This document shows, piece after piece, positions 1-11,682 of a DNA stretch of 64,000 nucleotides. Every line of letters begins with the position of its first letter. The stretch's first letter is position 1. A model generated the notes under the pieces. It searched no databases. It had not been told where the DNA came from and saw nothing but the letters and a program-made list of their open reading frames with translations. The position numbers and the translations under genes were made by a program. The stretch comes from Nostoc sp. (GTDB taxonomy: Bacteria > Cyanobacteriota > Cyanobacteriia > Cyanobacteriales > Nostocaceae), in the NCBI GenBank assembly GCA_036918135.1, contig JBALDB010000020.1, positions 77,099-141,098 of the forward strand. The letters are read 5' to 3'.

Positions 1-600
1 AATATTACCTTGATTGCACGATTCAAAATAGTCCAAAATTGAATAAATAAGTTGTTCTGTTTTTTGAAATAATTCAGCATTTAAGACATTTTGAGCCACA
101 GTACCTACTTCGATTACAAAACCCAATTTGCACAAAGAACGCATAAATCCAACTTTTTTTGATTGTTGATTAACACAGACTCTCACTAAAGGGTTTTTTG
201 AACTTAAATAAGCAGCCAAACGAAGTAAGAAAGGATGCAGTTCGCCAAAAATCAAACTTAACCCCATATTGGCAGTAGTGCTATGCAAATCAATGATTAC
301 ATCAACAAAAGGCTGATTTTGGGGTTGCAGTATTTGTTTAATTTCTTTTGCTCGCGTATCTTCGTAACTTAAGAGATTTGGATTTTGTAAGTCTTGATGA
401 GTGAAGCAACGATTTAAATCTTTGTCAATGTAACGTTTACCTTCTGCAATAGCTTTGGGATTACCAAGTAATACCAAAGTTTCTAAACTTTGTCTGTTAA
501 TTAAATTTGGAGATTGCTGAAATTTTTTAACTAAGTGTACTCCTGTTAATTCATTACCGTGCGTTCCTCCAACGATCGCTACTCGTTCAATCTGACTCAT
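1..600 (-). CDS. Aspartoacylase (AstE/AspA, M14-like zinc hydrolase), 3' end outside window
   Basis: Manual translation from CAT at 598-600: [20 protein letters not shown]...[21 protein letters not shown]...[12 protein letters not shown]. Contains the GGTHGNE, DLNR and DLH motifs. Missing from the ORF track because it runs off the window edge. Confidence 0.9.
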   Translation of the reverse strand, partial: MSQIERVAIVGGTHGNELTGVHLVKKFQQSPNLINRQSLETLVLLGNPKAIAEGKRYIDKDLNRCFTHQDLQNPNLLSYEDTRAKEIKQILQPQNQPFVDVIIDLHSTTANMGLSLIFGELHPFLLRLAAYLSSKNPLVRVCVNQQSKKVGFMRSLCKLGFVIEVGTVAQNVLNAELFQKTEQLIYSILDYFESCNQGNI

Positions 601-888
601 AAAAACCTCGTAATAAAAGCTTATAGGCTAGACATTATCATGCCCACCCTAGTGTGGTCTTTTTAGATAAAACCTACTAAGTGAATGGGGCATTGAGCAA
701 ACAAGGCATTGGTCATTTGTCATTCTCCACGTCCCCTTGTCCTCTAAAGTTCTGTTCGTCATTCGCGCAGTGTCTTTGCTCAAAGCGTATCCTAGACAAT
801 ACACAAACACGGCGAATCGCTACTCTATCATCAAAATTCGGCGAGTTGTGACTTCTGTTTTTGTCCCCTTACCCTTTGCACTCCCCAC

Positions 889-1019
889 TAAGTAAATAGG
901 AGAGAATAAACTCAACCATGTTAAGAAACGTAAATACACTTGAAATTTTTACAAATGACTAACGACAAATAACAAATGACGATTCTTGCTAGTTAATTTT
1001 ATTTGCATCGCTCTACTTA
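889..1019. mobile_element. MITE-like element, TAAGTA...TACTTA family (131 bp)
   Basis: Ends taagta... and ...ctactta, internal acaaatg heptamers; same length as the copy at 13984-14114. Confidence 0.5.
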
Positions 1020-1064
1020 CATCTCTTTGCTTCTTTCTAATTGGTAACTTACGATAACTGTTAA

Positions 1065-2279
<1,215 letters not shown>

Positions 2280-2440
2280 ACAATATAATCGGTTTAATCT
2301 CTGCTAACCTACAAGTAAAACTGGAATCAGTGCCATTATTAAGAATGTCTGATAAATTTTGTTACATTTAGACGATTTACGATCGCCAAATATCATCAAT
2401 TGATTGAACTGGAATTTCTTACACAAACCAATCATATTGA

Positions 2441-2551
2441 ATTACAGCAGTTTTTATCTATTTAGACCACATACTCATCTTCCTCTCTGCGACTTTGCGC
2501 CTGGAGCGTGATAAAAAAGCCGTGGTTGATTTACCTGAAAATAGCTGTAAT
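2441..2551. mobile_element. MITE-like element with terminal inverted repeats
   Basis: Left end attacagcagttttt...accac is the imperfect reverse complement of right end gtggtt...gaaaatagctgtaat. Confidence 0.55.
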
Positions 2552-2574
2552 TTGAGGAGAATTGATGATGACTA

Positions 2575-2674
2575 ATGACCGTTGAGTGTGAACAGTAGGA
2601 TATTTTTTAGAAACAAAGTTGCTGACTTGCTCCTGATGACCGTTGAGTGTAAACAGTAGAACATTTTTTAGAAA
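2575..2674. repeat. Two ~39-bp direct repeats, fragments of the dispersed family also at 15333, 39263 and 50141
   Basis: atgaccgttgagtgtgaacagtaggatattttttagaaa (2575-2613) and atgaccgttgagtgtaaacagtagaacattttttagaaa (2636-2674). Confidence 0.75.
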
Positions 2675-3189
2675 GGAAGTTTTTAAGCGCGATCGCCTAA
2701 AAAAGTGTTCTATTCTCTCAAGCATCTTATCTCATATTTGCTCGATTACTTAATTAACTCCCTTTAAGCCCACCCCTTAATCCTCTCTTTTAGCCCGGAA
2801 AGGAGAAGACAAAGCTACGCTTTGCCGGGGTGCAATGACTATAGGAATCATAACTATTTATCGGAACTTGATATTATACCTCGTTTTAGTGGCGTACTCA
2901 AGGGCGATAACACACCATACATATACTTTCCTCCCCAAAAGCGACTCAACCCAATCAAGATCCGACTTTTTTCCGACTTTTTTCCGACCGACAAACTTCC
3001 TATTTGGTAGTACAGTATTTCGATGAGCAGTATTCATATTCCTAACTTCTTAGAGGGGATAGATTGCCAATTGCACAATTACAGGCTAGTGAAACTCACC
3101 TATTTTTACTGGGTGAGTTTATTTCATCTATGTGCAAACTGCATATTAACTTGATTTACACATCAACCTGAGTTTAAGGAGAGCATTTT

Positions 3190-4896
3190 GTGACTTATTA
3201 CTATAACGGAACTTTGGGTTCTGACTACTTCGACTATCTATCAGAGTACAACTATTCCAGCAGCTACTACTACTACGTGTCTGATGCCCTGGATGCTAGT
3301 GGTGATAATGGCAATGACATCATCTATGGTGGTTATTACTATGACGACACTATCTATGGTGGTGGTGGCAATGACTACCTTTATGTAGGGGATAGTAGCG
3401 GGAACACCTCGCTAACTGGTGGGTATGGTTCAGATACGATTTATGGTGGTAGTGGTAATGATGTCATCTCTAGCGATGAGGAAGATTACAATTACACCAA
3501 TAACTATTTCACTAACTACATCTATGCTGGAGATGGCGATGACATTATCTATGGTAGTTCTGATAGTGCAGATTATGTAGATGCCGGGTTTGGTAACGAC
3601 AACATTCAGTATGTCGACTCTTACAATAACAACACCATTTTAGGTGGAACTGGCGATGACTTCATTATCGCTGGAGAGGGCGATGACTCCCTTGACGGTG
3701 GAGATGGTGCAGATGCCATAAGAGGTGGTGATGGTGATGACACCATCTTTGGTGGGGCTGGCAATGATAACCTCGAAGGTGATGGCAACGATCTAAACGG
3801 CAATGACACCGTAAATGGTGGTAGTGGCAATGACACCTTATATGGTGGTCTTGGCAAAGACTTCTTATATGGTGGCACTGGCGATGATGTTTACTATGTC
3901 GATCTTGTTTATGACCAGAGTTTTTTTGATAGTGGTAAGGATGTAGTGACTGAGTATACTTCGGCTGGTACTGACTTAGTAAATTCTCCTTTCACCTACA
4001 CTTTATCGGCAAACGTAGAAAACTTAATCCTGACTGGTTCTGCTGCTATCAATGGATATGGCAATAGCCTCAGTAACACGATTAAAGGTAACACTGCCAA
4101 CAACATTATCTACGGTTACGACGGCAATGACTCGCTCAACGGTGGGCTTGAGGGCAATGACTACCTCGACGGTGGGGCTGGTAATGATACCTTAAATGGC
4201 GCTAATGGCAATGACACATTAGTCGGTGGGACTGGCAATAACGCCTACTATGGTGGCGCTGGCAATGACATTTACTATGTTAATAGTGTTAACGATGTAG
4301 TCAACGAGTATAGCTCTCCGGGCACTGACCTAGTAAATTCTTCTATCACCTACACTTTGTCGGCAAACGTAGAAAACCTGACTCTCACTGGTTCTGCTGC
4401 TATCAATGGATATGGCAATAATCTAAATAATACAATTACAGGTAACAATGGTAACAACTCGCTTACCGGAAGTGCTGGTAATGATACAATCAACGGGGGT
4501 GCTGGTAATGATACAATCAACGGGGGTGCTGGCAAAGACGTACTGACTGGTGGCACTGGAACCGATAAATTCACCTACACTGCTTTGAGTGACTCGTTGT
4601 TAGCTAGCTATGATGTGATTACTGGCTATACTAGTGGCGAGCAAATCGACCGTGTTGGTGGTTCGGCAGTAACGCTGACTACCTCTGTTGGTAAGATAGC
4701 TAGTTTAACTGCGGCAAATATCTCTACTTTACTCAAGAGCAGTGTGTTTACAGCCAACAGTTCTAAAGCATTTACTGTTAATGGTATTAGCGGTACCTTC
4801 CTCGCTTTCAATGACGCAACTGCTGGTTACAATTCTGCAAATGATTCCATTATCTTCCTCCAGAGTTATACGCTTGGATCTGTTTCCATTGTCTAA
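3190..4896 (+). CDS. RTX/hemolysin-type calcium-binding secreted protein with C-terminal bluetail-like domain
   Basis: Many GGxGxDxL nonapeptides; two YTLSANVENLxLTGSAAINGYGN modules; C-terminal SDSLLASYDVIT...TFLAFND.TAG....DSII; GTG start behind aaggagag RBS; no Sec signal peptide. Confidence 0.85.
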   Translation: MTYYYNGTLGSDYFDYLSEYNYSSSYYYYVSDALDASGDNGNDIIYGGYYYDDTIYGGGGNDYLYVGDSSGNTSLTGGYGSDTIYGGSGNDVISSDEEDYNYTNNYFTNYIYAGDGDDIIYGSSDSADYVDAGFGNDNIQYVDSYNNNTILGGTGDDFIIAGEGDDSLDGGDGADAIRGGDGDDTIFGGAGNDNLEGDGNDLNGNDTVNGGSGNDTLYGGLGKDFLYGGTGDDVYYVDLVYDQSFFDSGKDVVTEYTSAGTDLVNSPFTYTLSANVENLILTGSAAINGYGNSLSNTIKGNTANNIIYGYDGNDSLNGGLEGNDYLDGGAGNDTLNGANGNDTLVGGTGNNAYYGGAGNDIYYVNSVNDVVNEYSSPGTDLVNSSITYTLSANVENLTLTGSAAINGYGNNLNNTITGNNGNNSLTGSAGNDTINGGAGNDTINGGAGKDVLTGGTGTDKFTYTALSDSLLASYDVITGYTSGEQIDRVGGSAVTLTTSVGKIASLTAANISTLLKSSVFTANSSKAFTVNGISGTFLAFNDATAGYNSANDSIIFLQSYTLGSVSIV

Positions 4897-5016
4897 ACCT
4901 CATTTAGACATTATCTTGGTATCAGAGGTTGTTTGAAAAGTTGTAAAGTATACTCAAAACCTCTTTCCTCCATAATGAGAGAGGCTTTGAAACTTCTATT
5001 CATTTGTAACAATTAG

Positions 5017-5120
5017 CTAGTACAGTTCGGCGTAAATAAACCACCCATTCAAAATTAATGAAACGCTTGCGCTGTATTAATTTTAAATTTTGAATTTTGA
5101 ATTCCGCCTTGCGATACTAG
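5017..5120. mobile_element. MITE-like element with CTAGTA...TACTAG termini
   Basis: Left end ctagtacagttcggcgtaaat; right end reverse complement ctagtatcgcaaggcggaatt; internal ttttgaa heptamers. Confidence 0.55.
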
Positions 5121-5144
5121 GCTTACCAATTACTAGAGAATAAA

Positions 5145-6473
5145 TCACAAACTAAATTCGGCTGCATTATCCTCATCTCCATCTGCATCTTTACCCACAG
5201 CAGTAAATTTAAATTTAGAGCCATGAATTAATTCACCAAACGTAATTTCTGAATTTTGGTAAAGAATATTCAGAACACTCATAAAATCTCGTACAATTTC
5301 TCCTGGCGTAAGTAATGCTTCTGCACCCAAGCGATTAACAATTTCTTGCACAAACTCTTTTAATTCACGATTTGTCAAAGTCTGTTCATAAGCGAAATTG
5401 AGTGCATGAATTTCAGCTAAACGTTGCAAAAGTATCAAAATTTCTGCTTCACTTAACGGGTTTAACCGAATTACTGGCCCTAAAATTTCTTGAACATTAG
5501 CTTGTGCGATAAAACGGCTTTCTTTCGTTCGTCTTCGCCAAGCTTGGTCTGCAAAAAGTCCTCTATTTGGGTCTTCTAAAAATTTAGTTGTTCCACCGAC
5601 AACAATACCAAGATGTTCTGCTTTGCACTGCATGGTATCGTTAAACATTGTTAGAAGTCGATTATAATTTTTTTCCCGCGTAATGGTAGTAGATATTTGA
5701 TATAAATTTACAGCTTCATCAATTATAATTAATAGTCCTTTATAGCCAATCTCAGCGACAAATTTAGCAAGCAATTTGATGTAGTCATACCAACTATCAT
5801 CATCAATAATGATGCGGACTCCTAAAGCCGCTTTCGCCTCACTTTTGGTCGTAAATTCTCCACGCAGCCAGCGCATTGCGGCGTTTTTTAAATTATCATC
5901 ATCCAATCTGTAGCCACGCCAATAAGCAATAATAACACTACCAAAATCAAAACCGTGAACTAAATCTTCAATATATTGAACTACTTCCCTAATTTTTGAT
6001 TCAACTTGGTCATCAAAACCATCGTCATTCGGACGCATTTCAGTTTCTTTAACCACTTCTTGTTGAATTTTATTAATCCATCCTTCTAAAATCGAGACTA
6101 AAGCACCACCATCAGGACGAGTTTTTGTAGCTAGATGGCTGATTAATTCTCGATAGGTTGCTAAACCTTCATTCTTACTTCCTGCTAATCGGCGTTCAGA
6201 GGATAAATCAGCATCAGCTACGACAAAACCTTGCTCCATCCCTCGATTACGAATTAGTTGTAGTAAAAAGCTTTTCCCTGAACCATAATTACCAATTATA
6301 AACCGAAATGCTGCTACACCTTCTGCAATATCGTTAAGATTTTGTAATAGGCTTTTAAGTTCTTTTTCTCGACCTACTGCTATATGTTCAACTCCCACTC
6401 TTGGTACTACCCCCGCACCAAGGGAATTAATCAAAGCAGTGGATACTTTTTTCGAGATTTTGAGTTTTGCCAT
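5145..6473 (-). CDS. P-loop ATPase, DUF2791 / BrxD-like (Shango SngB-like)
   Basis: AGVVPRVG...VGRE; Walker A GNYGSGKSF; Walker B LLIIIDEAVNL; RWLRGE motif. Confidence 0.85.
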   Translation of the reverse strand: MAKLKISKKVSTALINSLGAGVVPRVGVEHIAVGREKELKSLLQNLNDIAEGVAAFRFIIGNYGSGKSFLLQLIRNRGMEQGFVVADADLSSERRLAGSKNEGLATYRELISHLATKTRPDGGALVSILEGWINKIQQEVVKETEMRPNDDGFDDQVESKIREVVQYIEDLVHGFDFGSVIIAYWRGYRLDDDNLKNAAMRWLRGEFTTKSEAKAALGVRIIIDDDSWYDYIKLLAKFVAEIGYKGLLIIIDEAVNLYQISTTITREKNYNRLLTMFNDTMQCKAEHLGIVVGGTTKFLEDPNRGLFADQAWRRRTKESRFIAQANVQEILGPVIRLNPLSEAEILILLQRLAEIHALNFAYEQTLTNRELKEFVQEIVNRLGAEALLTPGEIVRDFMSVLNILYQNSEITFGELIHGSKFKFTAVGKDADGDEDNAAEFSL

Positions 6474-6705
6474 GTATTACACTTTAGTTGATTTTAAACG
6501 CAGAAGCACGCAGCAACTAGGTAAGGTATATTATCACCTGATTAATAATCTGACAACCTCAGAATTCAGAACTGGTCAATTCAAGAGTTAGAAGTTAGAT
6601 TAAGAAGACTTTTATAATCAAGCTGAAGAATTTTCAAGAATCGAGGGTACTAGAGGTTATTAATTGAATAATCATTTTGGATTTTGACTCCTGACTCCTG
6701 AATTT

Positions 6706-8040
6706 TCACATTTGCTCATGTTTAGTCATAATATTGTCATACATTGCAATTATTTTTTTGATATAGGTTTTATACTCTGGATAAACTTCTGGAATTTCTA
6801 AATCTGAATCGATTATTAATTCACCAATAGTATCATTTGCTCGTTCATTAATAGAATCAATTAGCAGATTGGGCATAGTAATATTTGCTTCAGCAATTTT
6901 TTTAATAGTAGCTTTGGTATTATCTTGTTCAACTATAGCTTTTAATACTTGTAATTCATATTCTGGTAAATTTACCAAAAAATTAGTCCATTCTTCAGGG
7001 ATACGTTCTAACATATCAACTTCTGAGAAATCTATTGTTGTTGAAGATTCAATTATTTCTGTAAAAGGAAACAATTCATTATTATCTTCTGTTGAATTAC
7101 TAAGCAGAGGTTCTGGATTGAGCGTTTCTATTTGTTGGAGTAAATCCCACACTTGATTTTGCAACAAGTCTCGTTCTTCTTGCAATAATGAAACTTGTGC
7201 TTGTAATTGCTGTATTTCTTCTTTTTTTGTTGCTATTTGAGTTTGTGAAGAATTCAGTAACGCTTGAGTATTTTCTTTTTCAGTTGTTGTCGATACAAGT
7301 AGTTCATTTTCTTTGTTTACTTTGATTTCTAGTTCTTGAATTGTAATTCGCAATTCGTATAATTTTTCTTCTAATTGGGGTTTGAGTCTGCCTAAAAGAG
7401 TCAAATTGCTTTCAACTTCTTGTTTTTGGTGTTGGAGTTCGGAAATTTGACTTTGTAATTGGGTAATTTCAGCACGGGATACATGACAATTCGACTCTAA
7501 ACGACGTTTTTCTGCTGTTAAATTAGAAAAAGTGTTATTCAATTCTGCTTGATTCTTTTCCAAGTTATTCAATTCAATTTGCAAATTGCTGATTTCAGTT
7601 TCTAACTGCTTTTTTTGCCCAGCAATTGTTCTTACTTCTCGATGCAAACTGTCCCTTTGGCTACGGTTTTCAGTTACTTGATTTTGGAGTTGTTTGGACT
7701 CTGCATATAATAAATTATGATGTTCTTCAATTTGATTAATTTCTCTAACAATACGAGCTTTTAACCCCTCCATTTCTTTAATTCGCTTCCGAAGGGAACC
7801 TAAAACAAACATTTCGTAATTTCTGCGTCGCTTATCTACGAATAAGGCTGTTGCATAGATAACAAGTCCAGTAATTACACCCGTGAGAAAGGCTTTATTA
7901 AAATCCCAGTTAGGAACAAGGCTAAGTCCAAAACTCACACTAAAGGCAACTATGCCTAAAATAAATCGATTACCGATCGTTACTGATTGCATATTGCTGT
8001 TTGTTAGCGTAGTTAACCGATTGGAATAAGCAGTTTTCAT
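6706..8040 (-). CDS. Membrane-anchored coiled-coil protein with C-terminal TerB-C domain (Shango SngA-like); start possibly ATG at 7992
   Basis: Two N-terminal hydrophobic helices, ~230-aa heptad coiled coil, C-terminal MPNLLIDSINERANDTIGELIID (TerB-C signature). Confidence 0.78.
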   Translation of the reverse strand: MKTAYSNRLTTLTNSNMQSVTIGNRFILGIVAFSVSFGLSLVPNWDFNKAFLTGVITGLVIYATALFVDKRRRNYEMFVLGSLRKRIKEMEGLKARIVREINQIEEHHNLLYAESKQLQNQVTENRSQRDSLHREVRTIAGQKKQLETEISNLQIELNNLEKNQAELNNTFSNLTAEKRRLESNCHVSRAEITQLQSQISELQHQKQEVESNLTLLGRLKPQLEEKLYELRITIQELEIKVNKENELLVSTTTEKENTQALLNSSQTQIATKKEEIQQLQAQVSLLQEERDLLQNQVWDLLQQIETLNPEPLLSNSTEDNNELFPFTEIIESSTTIDFSEVDMLERIPEEWTNFLVNLPEYELQVLKAIVEQDNTKATIKKIAEANITMPNLLIDSINERANDTIGELIIDSDLEIPEVYPEYKTYIKKIIAMYDNIMTKHEQM

Positions 8041-8183
8041 ATTAATTTTAAATTTAAAATTAGAATTTTATATATACAATTCTAATTTTTGTTTTTTATC
8101 ATTATAATTCTAAAATTTATAATTATTCGTGCATAATATTGTTAGGTAATAAATAAAAAAGTGTGATTATCAATAAATTAATA

Positions 8184-9563
8184 TTAATCTTCAGTCTTCG
8201 ATGTATTGCTATTTGCTGCATGAAGAAGTGTTAAATCTGCTTTTAAAAAGTCGATAAACTGCCGTGCTGTGCGTCCAGAACGACCATTATGATGAGTTGC
8301 CCACTGTAATGCTTGATACTCCAAATCTTCTTGGGTAATATTCATTTCAGCTTGTGCTGCTAGGTGGCGGACAATACTTAAGTAGGTTTTTTGATTGGCT
8401 GGTTCAAAAGTCAAGGTTAAACCAAAGCGATCGCTAAACGAAAGCTTCTCCTGCATCGTATCCCAAGCATGGATTTCATCGTTATCCTTGGGCGCTGGTC
8501 TATCCACGAAAAACTCCCGAATCAAGTGACGACGATTAGAAGTAGCATATACAACTACATTTTGGGGTCTTGCAGTTAAATTACCTTCTAAAACTACCTT
8601 AAGTGCTTTAAAAGCATCATCATCTTCTTCAAATGAAAGGTCATCGACAAAAATAATAAATTTTTGTGACACTCCCCGTAAATATTCCACAATTTCTGGT
8701 AAATCTTTTAAGTCAGATTTTGCAACTTCCAACAAACAAAGAGAGCGATCGCTATATTCATCTAACAAAGATTTCACTAAAGAAGATTTTCCCGAACCGC
8801 GACTACCATAAAGTAATACATGCAGTGCTGCCTCTCCTGATAATAAAAACTCTGTATTTTTAAGCAAAGTATCTCGTTGAGACTCGTAACCTACAAGCGT
8901 GCTAAGTTTAACCGGATCGGGATATCGGATACCGATAAACTGTCCACCTTGCCAGCGGAAAGCACGATACTGGGCAAATAAACCAGAACCATATTGCCGA
9001 TAATAAGCTGCTAACTTCTCTACAGCATCACCCCAGTTATCTAACTCTTGGAGATATGCAGCAAATTTTATCTGTTTTCCTAACTTTTCTGATTCGTCAT
9101 ACCACACTACTGGTGAAATTGGCATATGAGCAACAGTTTGTACCCACTCGCTCAAAGAAGCGCTGCTACATTCATAGAGACTTTGCAATATTTGTAAATC
9201 ATGCTGAACTGCTGCTACTAAAGCTGCGGGTATGTCCTCAAATTTCCGTTGTTGAGCAAGTTTTGTAAAGGGATTTTCACAAAAGAGAATTTGAGTAATT
9301 ATATAATCTTCCCAGTTTTGATTTCTTGCAGCCAAAGCATAGAAATAACTGCCATAGGCTTGCAGACAACCGCGGGCATCGGCATCAATGTAACGTATAG
9401 CTTGCAATAGGTCAAGAAATGCTACCCCGACTTCGTCTTGGAGAACTGACTGGTACAGTAGAATTGACGCTGCTTGGCGTTGGAGATATTGAACTTTTGT
9501 ATGGGAGGAAGTACTTACCATTGGCATCGCTTGATTATTAATCAACTGAGTGATATAGCTCAA
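8184..9563 (-). CDS. DUF815 family AAA+ ATP-binding protein
   Basis: LLYGSRGSGKSSLVK, FIIFVDDLSFEE, YATSNRRHL and EKLSFSDRFGL motifs. Confidence 0.9.
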   Translation of the reverse strand: MSYITQLINNQAMPMVSTSSHTKVQYLQRQAASILLYQSVLQDEVGVAFLDLLQAIRYIDADARGCLQAYGSYFYALAARNQNWEDYIITQILFCENPFTKLAQQRKFEDIPAALVAAVQHDLQILQSLYECSSASLSEWVQTVAHMPISPVVWYDESEKLGKQIKFAAYLQELDNWGDAVEKLAAYYRQYGSGLFAQYRAFRWQGGQFIGIRYPDPVKLSTLVGYESQRDTLLKNTEFLLSGEAALHVLLYGSRGSGKSSLVKSLLDEYSDRSLCLLEVAKSDLKDLPEIVEYLRGVSQKFIIFVDDLSFEEDDDAFKALKVVLEGNLTARPQNVVVYATSNRRHLIREFFVDRPAPKDNDEIHAWDTMQEKLSFSDRFGLTLTFEPANQKTYLSIVRHLAAQAEMNITQEDLEYQALQWATHHNGRSGRTARQFIDFLKADLTLLHAANSNTSKTED

Positions 9564-9625
9564 CAGCTATGGTAAATTGTCTGCTGACCATGGCAGCAAA
9601 ATCAAAATCTACATAGGTTTTAACA

Positions 9626-9946
9626 ATGAATTTAAGTATAATCGGTGCTTTTGCTTACGGCATATTGGCGATCGCTGGTGGCATCATTGGCTATATTCAA
9701 GCTAAAAGTCAGGTTTCGCTCCTCAGTGGCGGTATTAGCGGTTTATTACTAATTATTGCCGCTTATCTCCAACTCCAAGGACAAACTCTGGGTTTGATTT
9801 TTGCCGTGTTGATTACTGCTGTTTTAGTAGTATTCTTTATATTTAGACTAGCTAAAACGCGCAAGTTTATGCCTGCGGGATTGATGAGTGTTTTAGGTAT
9901 ACTCACACTGGGTGTAATGGTGAATCAAATTGTCTCCATCAGGTAG
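9626..9946 (+). CDS. TMEM14 / FAX family small membrane protein
   Basis: YGILAIAGGIIGY..AKS..SLLSG and KFMPAGL; four hydrophobic helices. Confidence 0.88.
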   Translation: MNLSIIGAFAYGILAIAGGIIGYIQAKSQVSLLSGGISGLLLIIAAYLQLQGQTLGLIFAVLITAVLVVFFIFRLAKTRKFMPAGLMSVLGILTLGVMVNQIVSIR

Positions 9947-10185
9947 CATCAACCTTGAAGTCCCTAACCATCCTGCTGTTTTTGACATAGCATTACTCTC
10001 CCTGCTTTGAGTCCTTGTATTAGTACATTTATATTACAAGAGACTTGCTATCCTTGCCTAATATCTTCGAGTACTCTCAATAGAATCAGGTGTTGACTGA
10101 TGACTTGAGTCAACAGTCATCAGTCATCAACTTCAAACGAGATAATTTATTTCTCAGAGTTCCCTAAGTTGACTCAATTGCGATA

Positions 10186-11448
10186 TTACTCGCTCTTGGC
10201 TGTGCGGCTAAAAACTCGGTAGTATAGCCAAGTGCTAGTTTCCTTCAAGGGAAATAACAAATAAGTGAGAGGATTGATTGTCACAACAATATTTCGGAAA
10301 TCTCGCCTTGCCAAAAACAAGATCATACGAGCAACCTGCTGTGCAGACATTACTCCATAAGGGTTAAGTTGACTCTTAAAGGGGCCAAGAATTAACTTGC
10401 GAATTATACAATTCCCATCCAAGCGCTTGAGCGTAACAATATCTCCTAGCGCTCGTTTGCTGAGTTCGTAAAGGGGACTCAGTGCTGGTGACACCTCAGC
10501 CTCAGAAGTGTTAACCCAAATTTCCTTAGTTGCTTTGGCTTGCGGCCCTGTAACAGTCGTCAAAAATATATCCATCAACCGCAATGCAGAAAAGGTATTC
10601 ACTTCATAGGAAGAGTTGATGGCCTCTGGTGTGCGGCTGGTGTAGACGTTGACTCCGTGGTTGATAATTAAAATATCGATTTTCTGTAAACTCTCTTTTA
10701 GCTCGACTTCATTGCCCAATTGCCAAGGAATCACTTTTACCCCATTTTGCTGCTCTAATTTTTCTGGGTTTGTGGTTAATGCCACGACTTTAGCATTACA
10801 CTTGACAAGTTCAGCCGTTAATGCTTGCCCTAAAGCTCCTGATGCTCCAGTTAAAGCCACGGTTTTACCCTTGAGAGATAGTCCTGTTCCTAATATTTTA
10901 TCGACCAAGGGAAAGACACCACTGTAATAAGCGTTGACATCATCAAAATGATGCCGCCAATGATAAGACCGATTCACCCACCAAAGGGATGGAATTGTCT
11001 CTAAAGGCCCAGGTAGGTGATTGTAGTCTGTGTCAATTTTTCCCTGAAAATATCGTACAGACGCGCCATATAAGAAGGTGCAAGCATAAGCTACTCCCAG
11101 CCATAACCCTATTTGCGGGACAATTAAGGCAATTAACGTTAATACGACTACTAGTAAGCTTGATTCTAAAACGTCGTGATAAAGCTGGGATTCTTGGTAA
11201 ATTTTTAAAGAAACGATCGATAAATCCCGGCGATAGGCCATGTGGTGCTTGTTGTGCCATTTAGCCAGCCAATTGACTTGGTGACACAATGCATGATAGC
11301 TGTCTCTTAAAACTTCGGCGAGTAAAAGTGAGAAAAGCCCCCAACTAGCAAACTGCAAGCAGGTGTTTACTAAAACCCAATTTATCTGTAATCTAGCCCC
11401 AATCTCAATTAAGCTCTCTGCGAACATTTTTATCATGTTTGTTAACAC
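10186..11448 (-). CDS. mgdE: Fatty-acid-hydroxylase/SDR fusion, likely monoglucosyldiacylglycerol epimerase (MgdE-like)
   Basis: His boxes HALCH, HNKHH and HWRHH followed by Rossmann TGASGALG and SDR YELSK; this architecture is that of cyanobacterial MgdE. Confidence 0.75.
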   Translation of the reverse strand: MLTNMIKMFAESLIEIGARLQINWVLVNTCLQFASWGLFSLLLAEVLRDSYHALCHQVNWLAKWHNKHHMAYRRDLSIVSLKIYQESQLYHDVLESSLLVVVLTLIALIVPQIGLWLGVAYACTFLYGASVRYFQGKIDTDYNHLPGPLETIPSLWWVNRSYHWRHHFDDVNAYYSGVFPLVDKILGTGLSLKGKTVALTGASGALGQALTAELVKCNAKVVALTTNPEKLEQQNGVKVIPWQLGNEVELKESLQKIDILIINHGVNVYTSRTPEAINSSYEVNTFSALRLMDIFLTTVTGPQAKATKEIWVNTSEAEVSPALSPLYELSKRALGDIVTLKRLDGNCIIRKLILGPFKSQLNPYGVMSAQQVARMILFLARRDFRNIVVTINPLTYLLFPLKETSTWLYYRVFSRTAKSE

Positions 11449-11682
11449 TCGTTTTTCTTAATTATTCTTCACGAACCGACAAAGAAGGATTAAGGTCGAG
11501 TCTAGAGCAAACAAAAGTCAAAGGGAATAGGGGAGTGTGGGGAGTGGGAAGAGATTATAAAAAAGCTTCCCATCCTTCCCACCCCTCCTACCCCTGCCAA
11601 TGCCCTATTGCCTGTGTAACTTGGAACGAATTAAATAATATTTGCCTCTTGATTAATAGCCTTTAACTGTCACCATTGATTC

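Noticed and set aside
2575..2674. Possible mini-CRISPR (two 39-bp repeats, 22-bp spacer)
   Set aside because: Only two imperfect units, no cas genes, and the unit is part of a dispersed MITE family seen elsewhere in the window.
5145..6473. Complete BREX system
   Set aside because: No pglX, pglZ, brxA/B/L or brxHI; the TerB-C neighbour points to a Shango-like context instead.
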